NCBI GenBank assembly: GCA_965655095.1
Contig: OZ296657.1
Location: forward strand, 48,298,001-48,362,000
Direction of reading: 5' to 3'
DNA: 64,000 nucleotides
From: Haplodiscus bocki
Lineage: Eukaryota
Made by a program: the position numbers and the translations under genes
Shown: one piece after another, positions 63,482 through 64,000 of the stretch
How the letters are laid out: every line of letters begins with the position of its first letter
How positions within the stretch are numbered: position 1 is the stretch's first letter
Notes under the pieces: model-generated
Told to the model about the DNA's origin: nothing
What the model saw: only the letters and a program-made list of their open reading frames with translations
Databases searched by the model: none

Positions 63482-63839
63482 TTAACTCAAATACGTGAAT
63501 TTATCTCCTGATTTTCCAAACAAAGACTTAGACATACTTTCAGCATCAACTTTCCTCTTTTTCACTTCGCAGAAATGAGATTTCTCATCCTCTTCGCCTT
63601 TTGTAAGTTCACTTTTCTTCTCAGATGACAGACTTCCATTTGTTGACTGATAGCTATTCGGGGTAACAGTTTCAAAATCAAATCGGTGTAATAAAATGTT
63701 CTCAAAGAAACTGTCCGACAGCCCACCGATTGAATCTCTAAAATTGTCGATGAAGCAAAGTTTTCTATCTTTATCATTCAGCTGCACAAAATGGACAACA
63801 TCTTCTGGTTTTACGGAAGAGCTGGATTCGGTTTTAGGC
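63482..63839 (-). CDS. Terminal exon of an unidentified host gene extending beyond the window
   Basis: Acceptor tttgttgcag at 63840; about 118 open codons with globular then charged/NLS-like composition (KKRK). Confidence 0.55.
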
Positions 63840-64000
63840 CTGCAACAAATAATTATCAAATTTAAAGATTCCAAAAACTCGAGGCCTGATATTTCTCCTA
63901 CGATGGGTAATTTTGATTGAAGGCAAAACTCAAAAACGATAGACTCTGTTGCACTTTTGATGTCAAACAGAAATAAACAATTTGGGTTTCTTGAAGCAAC

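Noticed and set aside
1-64000. Prokaryotic systems (CRISPR arrays, operons, rRNA/tRNA genes)
   Set aside because: Spliceosomal introns, Gypsy and Polinton content show eukaryotic DNA; no regularly spaced repeats or structural RNA genes were seen.

Overview
AT-rich eukaryotic (probably invertebrate animal) genomic DNA made mostly of nested, decayed mobile elements around one host gene. (1) 2786-16231: a minus-strand Ty3/Gypsy LTR retrotransposon with two diverged LTRs, a PPT, and gag/PR/RT/RH/IN remnants. About 6 kb of extra sequence lies between pol and the 3' LTR and contains an antisense, intron-bearing gene with a zinc finger. (2) 16232-22505: the right arm of a decayed Polinton/Maverick (penton-like, integrase, packaging ATPase). 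Its terminal ORF encodes a membrane-anchored EGF-family growth-factor-like protein. (3) A minus-strand phosphatidylserine synthase gene (exons at about 54.7-53.9 kb, 52.9-52.7 kb and 24.8-24.3 kb). Its last intron holds a full-length but frameshifted 13.7-kb Polinton (38652-52383; AGTAGT...ACTACT TIRs; pPolB, protease, major capsid, penton, integrase, ATPase). (4) A very recent 10.9-kb tandem duplication (24573-35472 / 35486-46385) with a templated 13-bp junction; it copies half of the terminal PTDSS exon and half of the Polinton. (5) A second, truncated Gypsy at 55.2-57.7 kb, several MITEs, and the last exon of an unidentified gene at 63.5-63.8 kb. All protein calls come from motif recognition by eye, and the boundaries of frameshifted pseudogenes are approximate.
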